DNA from: Lytechinus pictus
Lineage: Eukaryota
Length of the DNA stretch: 64,000 nt
Reading direction: 5' to 3'
NCBI RefSeq assembly: GCF_037042905.1
Contig: NC_087252.1
Span: 3,784,001-3,848,000, forward strand
Positions within the stretch are counted from its first letter, which is position 1, and each line of letters begins with the position of its first letter. Shown here one piece after another: positions 37,001 through 49,865 of this stretch. The notes below the pieces were generated by a model. That model ran no database searches. It was given only the letters and a program-made list of their open reading frames with translations, and was not told the origin of the DNA. Both the position numbers and the translations under genes were made by a program.

Positions 37001-38395
37001 CCTTGTGAGAAGAAATGCAACTGATTTCCGACCAAACTTGTCTCCTGCAACCTTATCGGATGTACTAACGCAGAAAGCTTCCATGAATAGGGCTTGCTTC
37101 CAAACCAGTTTTTCTGATGCTACTCTGGAGGCATGTAAGAAGGCAGCAACCAGCTTCAATAAATAACTTACAACAAAAGAATCATCATGTTCACTTTTTA
37201 AACTACAATGCTCTCTGCTATTCTAACAATTTACCTAGATGTATTCAATGTGACTCAGAGACTTCTGTAAAGAATTTAGCTGTCTTTTTTTAATCAGTGA
37301 CTGGAGAACTTTGATTGGAACTCATCTGAATTTTGTCTGATATTAAAAGCAGTATGGAAGTGAGAAGTACAGCACATGTATATCAATCATTGTGCATGAA
37401 CTGGAACTCCACTGTAAGCCTACATGTGTTTAGTCTGTTAAAAGCAGTGTGTGGTATGATTGATAAATCCTGACCATTTTTCTACACTTTACATTCGACA
37501 GTGCCTGCTGTAAGGTTCTATGGTTAGATATTTGTTTTTATTGCATCTTTTTAAGACATATAAATCTTATTCGCTTGTGCTGGTTTCATTTTTTTTTCTG
37601 GTTTGATTTATGTGTTTTGTTAGAAATGGAATCATCTTACCAGAGAATGCACCATGCAGGATTCTGAACCCCAAAGTTGAAAAATCTCCTTACTGTGGGA
37701 GAGGGACACCCCCTCTCCCCGGCTTGGTCGTTTCTCTTCGTTATATTTTACAAAATACTTTTTTTTAAATCAAAATACTGTTCTTTTCCTCTCAGAATAC
37801 TGTTTTTGCTTTTTGGAGGTTGGCATCTCTGTATGTATAGTATGAAATATGAGCTAGAACAATTACATGCAGGTAGCATGTACACCACTGTCGAAGTGTA
37901 CATACGCAGCAGATGGGGGAGGGAGGCAGGGGACGATCCCCCCACACACACACACACACACAAAACAAAAACTTGGGGATCACTTGGTACAAATGTTTCT
38001 CAATCCATGTAAACCAAAACAACATGAGGCAGTGTTGTCATGGTAACATATCATGGATCAGGAGAGTTTTCTTTTCCAAAGATCAATTTTCCTGACAAGG
38101 TGAAAATGCCGAGTCAAGATACTCAACACTTTGGATTCAATTGACCAGAAAATATACGGACTCAAATTTTGCTAAAATTCCAACAAAATCATTTGAATAA
38201 ATGTGTACACAAAAAAGTGGGGTGGGGGATAATAAGTAAAATAACTCAATCTCTTCACAAACAAGTAAACATGCAGATATAAATCTACACATTAAACATA
38301 CAGATAGTAACCCTGAAACGACGTCAATGGCTGAATATTTATTTATAAAGTACTTTTTTGGGGGGGTGGTCCACAGAGATCCTCCTGAAGTCTTA

Positions 38396-38800
38396 AGGCC
38401 ACCGCACACCTTACGACTGTTCGTGATCCAATTTTGGAACAAATCGCATTTTGCTCATTTTCTGAAAGTGTGAATGGAACATATCATTTTATTTGAGGTT
38501 AAAATTAATTGAAAGAATTCTAATATAATCATTTTGAAAGATTACAAGCCTTTACTTTGGAGTAAAGGCCAAAATAGTTTCAAATCGTAGCCAATCGTAC
38601 GATTGCTATGACGCCATTACGACTAGATATTAAATTCGTTCTTATTCTAAGAAGGATGATAGCATAGTGAACATAGGTATTCTACGATGATTTAGAACAT
38701 TACACAGTAAGATATTCCAAGTCTCAATATTACCATCAAACTCTACTACATTTTATTCTGAAATCGGGTTGTAGACCAATCGTAAGGTGTGCGGTCGCCT
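38396..38800. mobile_element. PIF/Harbinger MITE (TTA TSD)
   Basis: TTA|AGGCCACCGCACACCTTACGA ... TCGTAAGGTGTGCGGTCGCCT|TTA. Confidence 0.8.
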
Positions 38801-38831
38801 TTAAAGACCTTTGATGGATAAGTGAATTGAT

Positions 38832-39135
38832 CAGTAATTTGCCCATTCGTCTACTATCATTTGGTCCAATCATCACTTCGTCTAATCACCAGTTCTTCTC
38901 ATAACCAGTTGGTCTAATTCCCATTTTATTTTCATTCATTTCGCCCAGGTAACACTAAGTCCAATTAGACCAAATGGTATATGGATTGAATGGCTATAGG
39001 ACCAACTGGTTAATAGACAAAATGGTGAGTGGGCGAAATGGTAATTAGACCATGTGGACAAATTGATGATAGACCAAATGATAGTAGACGAGATGGTAAT
39101 TGTACAAATTGGCATTAGACCAATTGGAAATAAAC
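38832..39135. repeat. MITE-like repeat of short inverted tandem units (GGTCTA/TAGACC)
   Basis: Left half has recurrent (C/G)GTCTAAT, right half recurrent TAGAC(C/G/A)AA. Confidence 0.5.
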
Positions 39136-39659
39136 CAACTGACCAACACAGTGAGTAGAGTCCCATTGACTGTGTGTCAAAAGCTATGCCTTTTGATATT
39201 CAAATAAGTAAAACATAGAATGAATTTGCCTATAATCTTATTTCTGTAGAGAAACTAATGTTTTTTATTGCTATCATAATATAGGCCTGTCACGCTTTCA
39301 AGCTTTGCTTTTGTGAGGAACCTTGCAACCATCTTATATATTGTGTAACAGAAAATACCACTTAAATTTTAAAATTCATGTATGATTTGTTTGATGATTT
39401 ATGTACAAAATCATTTGTTCATTATCTTGATCTCAAATTTTAGATACACATTTTCTTGTCCAGATTTTTGTTATGAAAAATGTTGCAAAAAACAATAAAT
39501 GAAATGAAATAATTGTGATATGAATGTACTGCGTAGTGATTTTAGTAAGTTATCATGCAAGTGGGCCAGTATTACAAGACTTCACGACTGAAAATATTGC
39601 ATTATGGGTAATGAAGTTGGCCAGATATGTGTAATTGATGACTTGAGGTGGGACTATTT

Positions 39660-39820
39660 ATGCTGCAGACACATTATCCCCTACAGCGGCCATACGGAGA
39701 GTCAAAAATAGCTGTTTTAGTCATTTATATTAAAATCACCAATGTGTAGCTTGTACAGAAAATGAACAGCTGTTTTCAACTAGCCGTACGGCCGCCGTAG
39801 GGGAAATGTGACTGCGACAT
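39660..39820. mobile_element. palindromic MITE related to 14048-14198
   Basis: GCAGACACATTATCCCCTACAGCGGCCATACGG / CCGTACGGCCGCCGTAGGGGAAATGTGACTGC. Confidence 0.6.
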
Positions 39821-39846
39821 AAGGCTGATGCCCTATAAGATCTCAC

Positions 39847-40035
39847 CTGTGAAATTGTGATTGTCCTTATAGATGTTACGAGTCAAGAGATCAATTGTTG
39901 GAGCTAGAGGATAGAAGTCTGGTAGGGTGTGAGAGGCAGTCTCGGCTACCTCCTCTGGACTCGCTAACCTATCTAAGGGTCTGGCAGAGGAGACTAGTAG
40001 ACCAGACCGACCACGAACCTGAATCTGCTCATTAC
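39847..40035 (-). CDS. MRPL37: MRPL37 coding exon 5
   Basis: GNEQIQVRGRSG...ASPEEVAETASHTLPDFYPLAPTIDLLTRNIY (mL37 QVRG...ASREE...FYPISP.IDL...NIY); AG 40037-40036, GTGAGA from 39846. Confidence 0.93.
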
Positions 40036-40813
40036 CTTTCAAGATGCAATTAATACAGAGATAGAAAACACATAAAAAACATATTATTATTACTACTACC
40101 ATTAATATTATTCTTATCATTACTATCACTATTACTATTATTAGTAGCATTATCATTGTCAATAGTAGTAATTAGTATTAATATGAGACTGAGTAGCAGT
40201 AGTATTGATATTATGAGTATCTTCATCATCATTATCAGCATAGAAACTAATTTTTATTTGTTAAGGGCTATATTTTTTTTTTCCAAACTGGGGCTATTTC
40301 TTTCATGTGAGGGGCTACTTTTTAGGGGTAACAAGCAATTATACTTAATAAATTGATTTTTAAATAATCTTAAATTTGTTTTTGACTGATATTGGGGCAA
40401 CTAAAGAAAGAATAGTCGCCCCAAAGCATGCATATAAAAAAAAAAAATTAGGAACTATTTGGGCTGTAATGAGGGCGAAACCCGTCCCTCTCATGTATTA
40501 ACTATACAGATCATCGACACCATCACCATAACAACTCTTTCTCTCTCTCTCTCTCTTGTGTTCTTCCTCCGGCAAGGTCGGAGATCAACGGCACCATTGG
40601 AAGGGCCGTAATTCACTGAAGGCTCTAAGTTGCAATCATGAAGAAGTACTGAGTAAGTTTTGACGAGTTGTGTGGAGGTTGCGTAAGAAGTATAGAATAA
40701 GCGTATGTAATTGGGCTTTTGTGTTGTTGCTGATACGCCCAGGAGGTAAAAACAGGACCGACTTTAAAAAAAAAGCAATTCAACATCCATCATCATCATC
40801 CTTATCAATTTAC

Positions 40814-40929
40814 CTCTATGCCAGGCTGCAGCTACATAACAACCATCTGTCTGAGCTCTTTGTAATAACTCTGGATACTGGCCACACATCAGCTGACAAA
40901 GATGGATAAAATCCATGTTCTGTGTGTAA
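40814..40929 (-). CDS. MRPL37: MRPL37 coding exon 4
   Basis: SYTQNMDFIHLCQLMCGQYPELLQRAQTDGCYVAAAWHR; AG 40931-40930, GTAAAT from 40813; phases fit both neighbours (2 in, 1 out). Confidence 0.85.
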
Positions 40930-41705
40930 CTGCAAAGGTCAAAGGTCAAATATTTTTAAAAAATGAAATGAAATAAAAACAAGTCTGTAGTGTCTGGGAA
41001 TCAAGCAACAAATTGAATTCAAATCCATGTTTTCTTTGATTTTTTTTTTTTACTTTTGAGGGCAACTTTCACAGCAACATTCTGCAAAATTGGATAAGCT
41101 TTAACATGGTAATGAAGTGGGATTTTCCGGGACTCTTTTTTTTTAATTCCCAGGACTATTTTGATCCTTTTGGAAAAAGTATCAAGCACCCATACAATTT
41201 TCTTCCATGCTGGGAAACATAATATATATGAATCACCTTCATTGTCCAGAGGCCTAATTTTCACTGTAGGGTGAACAGTTTTTTCTAGATACCATGTGTG
41301 CAGAGGCATGAAGTGCATAGAAGAATGACCATTGTGACCAAGTGGATTAGTCTCTGGACTTTGAAACATGGGTTCAAATCAACAGCTAGGAGCATACCCC
41401 TTTCAATATCTGATGTCAGGGACAATAGGTGAAATTGCGCAGCTACAAATAATTTATCTGATTCACGTCATGAGTGTATTACAAAAAGAATCACAAAACA
41501 AAATACCATCGAGAATATGATATAAAATCATAAGGTTCCCACGTCAAGGGACATATTTATTTCTCTTATCATGCCCCCTTTAATCTGCTAATATTTTTAG
41601 TTTTACTTGAAAATTTTGAATCATGGGATAGCCTACGATGTACACTTTAATATTTGAAAAAAAATTATAGTTAAAAAGTGAGCCTAAGAATCTGACAATA
41701 TTTAC

Positions 41706-41836
41706 CTAAATCTCTCAACAGGGATGAGTTTACTTTGCATGTCGTACTGACGGCATTTCCTAATCGATCTTAAGACTCTTTCCTCCATATCAGGAAACTC
41801 CAGACGAGCTGCTAGCTCCTGTATCCGTTCTGGCAG
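41706..41836 (-). CDS. MRPL37: MRPL37 coding exon 3
   Basis: LPERIQELAARLEFPDMEERVLRSI...; AG 41838-41837, GTAAA from 41705; phase 0 in, 2 out. Confidence 0.87.
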
Positions 41837-41877
41837 CTTTTGAAAAGAATCATAATAAATAAATAAATAATCATGTG

Positions 41878-42166
41878 GGCGCATCGTGGTCTAGTGGTTC
41901 TGACTCTCTCCTTTCAACAGAGGGTCGTGGGTTTAAATCCTAGCCTTGGCGTGTGTTCCTTCAGCAAGAAATTTATCCACACTGTGCTGCACTCAACCCA
42001 GGTGAGGTAAATGGGTACAGGTAGGAAAAAATTCCTCAAAAAGCTGTGTGCACCTTAATCGGTAGCCTAGCTTAGCCAGGTAATAATAATAGCAGGGCCC
42101 GCTGGGAGAACAGTTTTTGAAACTGAAGTGGCTACCCTGGGTAAAATATAGCGTTATTATTATTAC
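41878..42166 (+). mobile_element. tRNA-derived SINE
   Basis: A-box TGGTCTAGTGG, B-box-like GGTTTAAATCC, core ACCCAGGTGAGGTAAATGGGTAC, (TTA)n tail. Confidence 0.8.
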
Positions 42167-42259
42167 TATAAACATGTAATGGATGTTCTTTATTGCATAC
42201 TGTATGAATGAAAGTTACTCTAAATGCCCTTTTTTGGCAATAGGGTGTTAATCACAAAC

Positions 42260-42475
42260 AGCATCATCATCATCACAACAGTGATCACTTCTAACATTAC
42301 AATCATCATCAAATACAATCATCAGCACACCACTATCATCATCACCACCATTATCATCATCACCACCTTCATTATCATCAACATCAAAATCACTGCTACT
42401 ATCATCATCATCACCACCATCATCATCATCATCATCATCATCACCATCATCATCACCATCATCATCATCACCACC

Positions 42476-42507
<32 letters not shown>

Positions 42508-42547
42508 CACCACCATCATCATCATCATCACCATCACCATCATCGTC

Positions 42548-42579
<32 letters not shown>

Positions 42580-42716
42580 CATCATCACCACCATCATCAT
42601 CATCATCACCATCATCATAATCACTATCATCATCGTCATCATCATCATCACCATCATCATAATCACTATCATCAGTATCATCATCGTCACCAACATTATC
42701 ATCATCATCACACCAC

Positions 42717-42751
<35 letters not shown>

Positions 42752-42908
42752 ACATCATCATCATGATCAACATCATCATCATCACCATCATCATAATCAC
42801 TATCATCATCATCACAATCACCAACATTATCATTATCCACCTTCATTATACACCATCATAACATCATCATTAGTACCCTTACCACCACCATATCCATCAT
42901 CATCATCT
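42260..42908. repeat. (ATC/ACC)n microsatellite
   Basis: Direct inspection. Confidence 0.95.
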
Positions 42909-42912
42909 TTAC

Positions 42913-43084
42913 CTGTCCCTCCCCCATGAGTTTGCTCTTGGTCAGCCACAAGGCCTGCTTTATGCCCTCTTCAAGACGACATCGATGATTGAAGATATAA
43001 GTCTTTTCTTCGTGATAATGAGGGTTGTTCACGTTCATTTCCACTCGGTTCATATACCGAGGATGGTAGTCAGCAATCATTTCC
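42913..43084 (-). CDS. MRPL37: MRPL37 coding exon 2
   Basis: [24 protein letters not shown] matches the mL37 hallmark [24 protein letters not shown] (recalled from memory); AG 43086-43085, GTAAAG from 42912. Confidence 0.95.
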
Positions 43085-44001
43085 CTGGGCAGGTATTAAA
43101 ACAAGATGTAAAAAACCTTTGCTCACGGTGTAATATTTTCAGACAAAAATAATAATTCTGAAACATTTTTACAAAGGTTCAAATAATGATCACAAACACT
43201 CAATTTGAACTGTGGAAATCGATCAATGTCCCTATTCTTCACTCAGGAAAATTAATGTATTTTTTGTTTCCTTTTGGAAAAAAATGATGAGTAAACTGAC
43301 TTGTCTCGAAAATGATAGATGAATGAGTATACATCATAAAACTTTGAATAGAAATATTCATCTTTAATGTCAAGGTTACTCCCTTTCCGTTAATGAGATC
43401 AACTGGATCAATCGCAACTCTGTGTAAAAATGGGGCCTGATCTTACAAAAGCAGTTAAAAGCTACAGAAATCATTCAATCTGATTAGCTAACATTAAATT
43501 TGTTATAGAAATCTTGCACAAATTTGTTATATAACAATTGTTTATGAAAAGGGGACCCAGATTTCCAGCTGTATGTAAATTAGTGAGTTATGAACAAATA
43601 ATGAAACATTTACGTTTGATCTCGCTTGCACCAAGCAAACAGAATGGATTTCAATTTGTTGTGTCGGTGCAGGAATGCCCTTAGCATCACACTTGCACCT
43701 CACCAGTGCAGAAACGCACAATAAATTGTGGTCTTTGTCTGTTCTTCAATGAACCAAAATTTGAATTGGAAGAATTTTTTGTACTGCATGATTCTAACTG
43801 AACATAAAATCTGACTGAGTGCAAGAAGGCTGATACACAATAATGCAAAGGCTAATAAGTATGTGTATCCCGTCTCTCTGATCCGATCAGCCTCAATTAT
43901 ATGGATATCCATCGATTTCATGATTTTATCTACAAGAAATTAATGTCAAATTTCATTAAAAGAGGAGCATAATGAATTGGCTAGTAAACGATGAATGAAT
44001 A

Positions 44002-47000
44002 CGGTCATTTTCACAATATATGGTGTAACTCTGAAATTTCAATGTTTTTATCTGTAGCAGTCTCATAAAGCCACATAATTTAAAGATGCTTTGGCATATG
44101 AGTAACCTCAATGAGTGCTACCTCGGGTAGCATAGACATCTTCACTCATTACTTCGTTTAATTTTGGCAGGCACATAAGTACCCTAAGTTGCACCTTTTT
44201 TGTGTACATAAAATACATAGACTTTTTTTGGAATGCCCTTTCTTATTTCTGGAATGTTGATGATTACTTTTGTTATGCAGAATGTGAAGTTAGATGTTCA
44301 ATGAAAAATACCAGATAGGTTTTTAGTGTGACTGCTTCTTTATTTCTGAGAACGGGGTGGTCCAATTTGTTGTTTCGGAGGCTTCATTTTCCGTTAACAA
44401 TAGCTAACAAACTTTGTATTCCGAGCATTGGTTTTCAAACAAATAAAATTCTGCTCCCTAGGACCTTTATGCAACATTTGAAGTATAAACTTCCAAATAA
44501 AAACAAAATATCTTGGATCACACTTCTTTTTACAATTTTTTCAAAGCCTAACTGATCAAGGTTAATTTTCCGTTAACTGTTTTGAAGCCTCCGAAACAAA
44601 CTTTACAGACTGCCCATATAAATATGAACGAAGGAACTTGTCCAATCAATACATCACAATGTAGTATATGGACACCTAGTTCACCTGTCAATAAATAGCA
44701 GAGATATTCCTTGCTGTTTGAAAATAAGAGATGATACTAACTTTCCGTTAACAATTGAAGCCTCCGAAACAGTCAAATCACTTGTTTTTATTTTTTTGTT
44801 ACTTCAGTCCAAAATTTGTAGGTTAAATTTGTATTATAATCATATGTTATGTTGTATAGACTGGCCTCAGGTAGAAATTGTATGAATATCAATTCAATTT
44901 TTTTCAGAATTCGCTGATAACATAAAAATTCTGTTTAGGAGGCTTCGAACATAAGTTAACACATGTTTTTTTTTGTTATTCTAAATTCATAGATAAGAGA
45001 GTGTTCACATTTTATTTTTTTGTTGTTGGTTTTGATCTACTTAAGAACAGAAACATATTTGATTTTATAATTAATAATATTTCTTAAGTTATACCTGAGC
45101 TAAGTATTTGAGATGGGATTTTCCACTCATAAAACATGCATTTCCCTATTTCTAACTCAGAATATAAACATTAGATATCAACTAAAAGAAAGAAAAGTCA
45201 CACATATAAACCATGTAATGTTTATTAATATTGTAATATACAGTGGCTCAAAATAAAGCTCTGCATTTTCCCAAATTGACAGGCATCCTAAACTTATGTT
45301 AACACTTGTTTCGGAGGCTTCAAACAAGAGTTAACACCATATTTTGTGTTATTCCAATGTCCTGGATAAGAAAAATTAGGCATTTTTTCAACAGCATGTT
45401 TGGTTTTGATCTACAAAATTACAGGAATGAGTATTTCTTCATCAGATTTTCAAATTTTTAATGATATACAAAAGAACTTGTATTTGTGATTGAATTTTAC
45501 ATTTGTAAACGTGTGTTATCCTCAATCAAATTCAGGTTACTCAGTGTGTAGATACATGCATACTTACACACATACGCACAAATACAATATTTAGGAACAT
45601 TTTAATATACAAAGATTTAAATAAATCTTTGCATTTTCTCAAATGTTCAAGGTATCTGAGACATGTATGTATACATGTACATGTAAATACATGTACATGT
45701 AAGTTCTATGTTTCAGAGGCTTCATTCTCTTTGTCATACCATTATAAGTTAAGGTTTTAAGTTTGTCATCCAAAAACCATAAATTGGTGGACAGACCATC
45801 CTTTTATAGATTCTGAGGAAGTAATAGTGTTATTACCACAAATGACTAGATCATGATGAACATGTATTGGTATGGAGAAGTTTATGTAAATATTTTAAGC
45901 AACATCTAATAGCATATAGATGTATCTTCAAGATAGGCATGAATACCAAATACAGGGTTCTCATTCTCCAAGCACTTAGTCCATAATAATACATTTGCTT
46001 TTTTCATTATCATTATTTTATCAATATTTTCTGCACAATTTGTTTTGATGGAATTGTGAATTCAAGTATTTTCAAAATATAAAAGTCTGTCACTACAATT
46101 TATTTCAATGAGCTCTTGGTAATAAGTACATAACAATTGGCATTACACTTTTTGAGTAATGTATGAGCAATGCAGAGTGACACAGCCTTATCATGTTCGC
46201 AATCAGTGATTGTGAATTGTGATCATCCATTTTGTACATTGATTTCTTCTGAAATACAGGTTGGTTAGACTGTGACCAGCCACCCCAAACCTACAATAAG
46301 TCACTAGGGAAGGTTCTCTGTAAATAGCCAGAATATTATGTTTTTGTAAAAAAATAGAAAAAAAAAATAATTGGAAAGAGTAATTTTTCTTCTTCATATA
46401 CAGTCAAAATCTCAAGCAGTAAACTTAGATAGAAAATCAGATAAAATAGTCTTGACAGAAGTGTTTGTGGACTGTTTGGACTTTTCTCTGAGATCGCTGC
46501 ATCTTAAGCTTGAATGGACCCTAAACTTTGAACATTGTTTTTCCCTATTTAAAAAGTTTCTTCTGCATTCAATCAATGACTTACATGTATGTGGGTTATA
46601 ATGGATTAATTTTGACATGTTATATACCTTTTAAAAGCTTGAGATGAAATAATTTAAACTCAATAAAAATTTCATAATTCATTTTGGCAACATATACACT
46701 GTAGTTGGATTCGGGATGGCTGGTCACAAATTACCTATCAAAGCAATGTTAATCCCATTAACTTTCTCAAATAAAATTACTATCTGTGAGAGTTGTATCA
46801 GTTTGCCTTGAAGGATTTTCATTTCAGTTTTTAGAATATGATTTGAAATGATTTGTTTATAAATACTTAATGTACAGCTTACAATGTATGCCTTGATTGT
46901 CTTTTTAAAGAAAAAAAAGTGGGAAGAAAACCAAGTGCCAAAGATATGGTAACATGAAAAAAGATCAAGATGAAAGCAAAGCATGATATAAAACCTTTCA

Positions 47001-48908
47001 AGTATAATTTGATTAATTTTGTGAGCTTAAGCTCTAGGTTGGTATGCAGACAGTACTTGTGCCATAAATAAAATTACCCTAACTCCATTCACTACAAGTG
47101 ATTCCAATACCAACAATTGTTTTGAATTATAATCATAACTTAATACATGTATTGTATGTACTTTTTTAAAAAGCTTGTTGTTGAATGATGCAAAGTAAAG
47201 TGCTATTAAGCACTAATTTGAAAGTGCAGTATTAATAAATTCAAGTCCCTAGCATAGAAAATTTCACTAATCACACATACATGTACATGTTTGCTCATGG
47301 CTATGTTCCTTAACACTTCCATTTGATAAAACAGTAAGGAATAAATATTCAATTTTATATTGTCATATCAACAATATGGTCGAGGTGCCGCGGCCAAGTG
47401 GTCTAAGGTGCCTTGCTATCCATGTACTTGGAAAGTCTGGAGTTTGATCCTCGGCCGTGGCACCTATGCCCGTTAGCAAGGCATTTAATTGACAATGCTC
47501 TTTTATCCTGCATTCAAATAAATGGAAATGCTATTGGTATTAACTAGGTGTGCATTTGTTTAAAAAAAATCATACATTTCTAGTGTCAATTCAATTCAAA
47601 TCCAAACTGCCTTTTAATGTGTGACTTTGATGCACTTACTTTACTTTGGTACTTTGGTATTTTGGGTAATGCACATCTACCTAACAAGCAGAATTTAAAT
47701 ATAGAAAATATTTCCTGGACATGTTCATTGTAAAAATATTGGATATTACTTTAATATGCATGTATATGTTACAGAAACTGTTGGACTATTAACATCATTG
47801 AAGTCTCCGAAACATACACTGTTGTTACCTAAAGGCATACAAAAAATAATTGTCAACCAACTTTCTGCATTGAACTTAACATATAATTCTGGATTTTTTT
47901 ACAATTGGATTTAACATAATAATAAACAAGTGTTAAAATTGAAATAAGCTGTTAGCTATATGATGGAAAACGCAATATGTTAACATGATTGAAGTCTCCG
48001 AAACACTCTGGGAACCCTAGCAAAGCCACTGAAACACAAGTTTCAGTATTTCATCACTTTGTTTATGCATCATGAATATTCTTTTCTGTATGAGATGTAC
48101 TTCTATTACTATATTCCCTTTAAAGCTGAACTATTACCTATCTTGGCACCAAGGCATTGAAATATGATGTCTTTGTGCAGTAGTTAACATTCGTGAATTA
48201 CATTTTCCCATTCACGAGACATTAGTTTGTTTGATTTTGTTTACATTCAGTCTTATACTGATATGCAATTTGAAAAAGATAGATTTGTAAAAGTAATCAA
48301 CTTAAATAAGGGACTTTCATAGTGCTAACATGACTGAAGTCTCCGAAACACATATTTTTGTTAACTGAAGCCTCCGAAACACACTTGGGAGAAATTTCCA
48401 ACTTTCTTATTTGGTATCTGATTTCCATGGGATTAGTGTTAGTAATTAACCTTCATGGAGAAGTAAATGTACAATAATTTTTGCTTTCCTCTTCCTCTTG
48501 GAAGACATGTAATTTTAAACACTTTGTTGTCAAAATCCAAATTTGTGATAAATTTCAAAAACTCATAGAAATTTTTAGAAAACTAATAAACTTTGAATCC
48601 AAAACTTTTAAAAACCTCAAAGAACATTTAATTTGTGAATGAAAAAGTGCAAATGAAAATGTTTTCCACGAAAAAATTTGTAATTTTGGTAATGAAATCA
48701 AAAGGCTGATTTTATTCAATTTTTCTCATTTTTCACAGTTGCACATAATTATTTTGAGGTTTCTCAAGTAGATTAAGCTCCAGAACAGACAGAAATGAAG
48801 AATTTAGACATTTATTGACCTGTTTTTATTAGAAATGTTTAAGAAAGTCCATTTTGAAATTTTGATCTTGAATTTTGAAAGTTACACCCTTGACCGTGAA
48901 AAAGACCA
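44002..48908. mobile_element. 4.9-kb TA-flanked non-autonomous DNA element with dispersed GAAG(C/T)CTCCGAAACA motifs, inserted into a MITE (43870-49031)
   Basis: Imperfect ~35-bp TIR CGGTCATTTTCAC..GGTGTAACT / AGTTACACC..GTGAAAAAGACCA; TA on both sides; the flanks rejoin as a MITE of the 10817 family. Confidence 0.65.
47383..47545 (+). mobile_element. tRNA-derived SINE
   Basis: GGCCAAGTGGTCTAAGG (A-box-like), GTTTGATCC (B-box-like), then GCAAGGCATTT core. Confidence 0.6.
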
Positions 48909-49069
48909 TACACAATACATCATCTAGAAATTTTTTTGAACAAACATGCATTTTAGATGTTGACATTGATAGCTTTACATACATGTAGTTGCGGTTGATT
49001 GGATCAATCGCAACTCCACGTAAGACAGGACCTAGATGTAAAAATCAATTAATGACTACAGAAACTTAC

Positions 49070-49302
49070 TTTTCTGGTATCTTGTAGGGGCTAGGTAGAT
49101 CTAACATCTCGTAAACCTTCCTAGCGGTCGTCTTCCTGCGCTCTTTGCCCCTCTCTCGAATCTGCTTCTTCTTCTCCGGACGATATCCCCGGGCGAGGAT
49201 CCATTTCTGTCCCGGAATAACTAGGGGACCACTCAGGATTCTCTTGCAGGCGATGCCACTGCTAGACTTGAGCAAAAGCCTGGTGGTAAGACTTGCTGGC
49301 AT
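49070..49302 (-). CDS. MRPL37: MRPL37 coding exon 1 (mitochondrial presequence-like N-terminus)
   Basis: MPASLTTRLLLKSSSG... is R/K/S/L-rich and acid-poor; KVYEM resembles mL37 RVYEI; GTAAGT from 49069 (phase 2, fits exon 2). An acceptor at 49321-49320 implies a 5' non-coding exon. Confidence 0.82.
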
Positions 49303-49865
49303 GATGAGATGGACACAAGCTATATCAAATAAAAAGAATTACAAAAAAAGAAAATTCCATTCTAAATTCTAATTTTTTTCCTGCAATTTCTTTAATTTGA
49401 TTTATTATTTAATTTGTACTTCATGTCTAAAGATTGAATTATAATAATTAAATGATCTGGAAATAGTACGCTTTTCTTGCCTTGTGATGTAGTTCCTTTT
49501 TTAAAAATAAAAAATGGCAGCCAATACCAACTAATATTCTATTTGAGGCACAAGAGTGACAAGACTAATTTAGTCTCGGCGCGTAAATAAGTCCGAACAC
49601 GGACCTCCCCAGCATTTTTGAAAATACACAGAAGCGACAAGCGATTCTGCTCTCGTCTGCTCTGGGATCGCCCTTGCAGCTGCCTAAACTACCAAGTGCC
49701 AAGTGATTCCCAATATGACAATACTTGTAGCTCCCATCCATGCATGTCAAGTCTCCAATCCATGCCTGCACAGGAGCAAGACAGCCAGCACTGCTGCAGT
49801 TTTTACTCCCATGCACCGTCGCTTTCTGAACTATGAATGAGTGAACTTGTTTAGGAATACGGGCA

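Larger units (their letters stand above)
25994..37166 (+). pseudogene. hAT transposase of element A: intron-containing, split by element B, frameshifted
   Basis: ISTDGS (~26032-26049), SADNAAVM, GCL|CHRLHL rejoined across B, TRWLSL, and HSNASDKRLFS (catalytic E appears as K). Exons 25994-34886, 35466-35591, 36018-37166 have AG/GT ends. Frameshifts near 26100, ~36125 and ~36750. Confidence 0.8.
25378..37831 (+). mobile_element. hAT element A (defective), host of element B
   Basis: 14-bp TIR CAGAGATGCCAACC; 6-bp TSD TATGTG (25372-25377) / TATGTA (37832-37837); internal transposase remnants. Confidence 0.85.

Noticed and set aside
41878..41950. tRNA genes (also ~5419, ~41330, ~47383)
   Set aside because: A/B boxes lack a convincing cloverleaf and run into SINE bodies or degrade.
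43700..43930. Extra MRPL37 exon
   Set aside because: Candidate acceptors give an immediate stop in the required phase, part of it is MITE sequence, and exon 1 splices in frame to exon 2 without it.
46371..46618. Coding remnant in the 4.9-kb element
   Set aside because: Short ORFs with no transposase motif.
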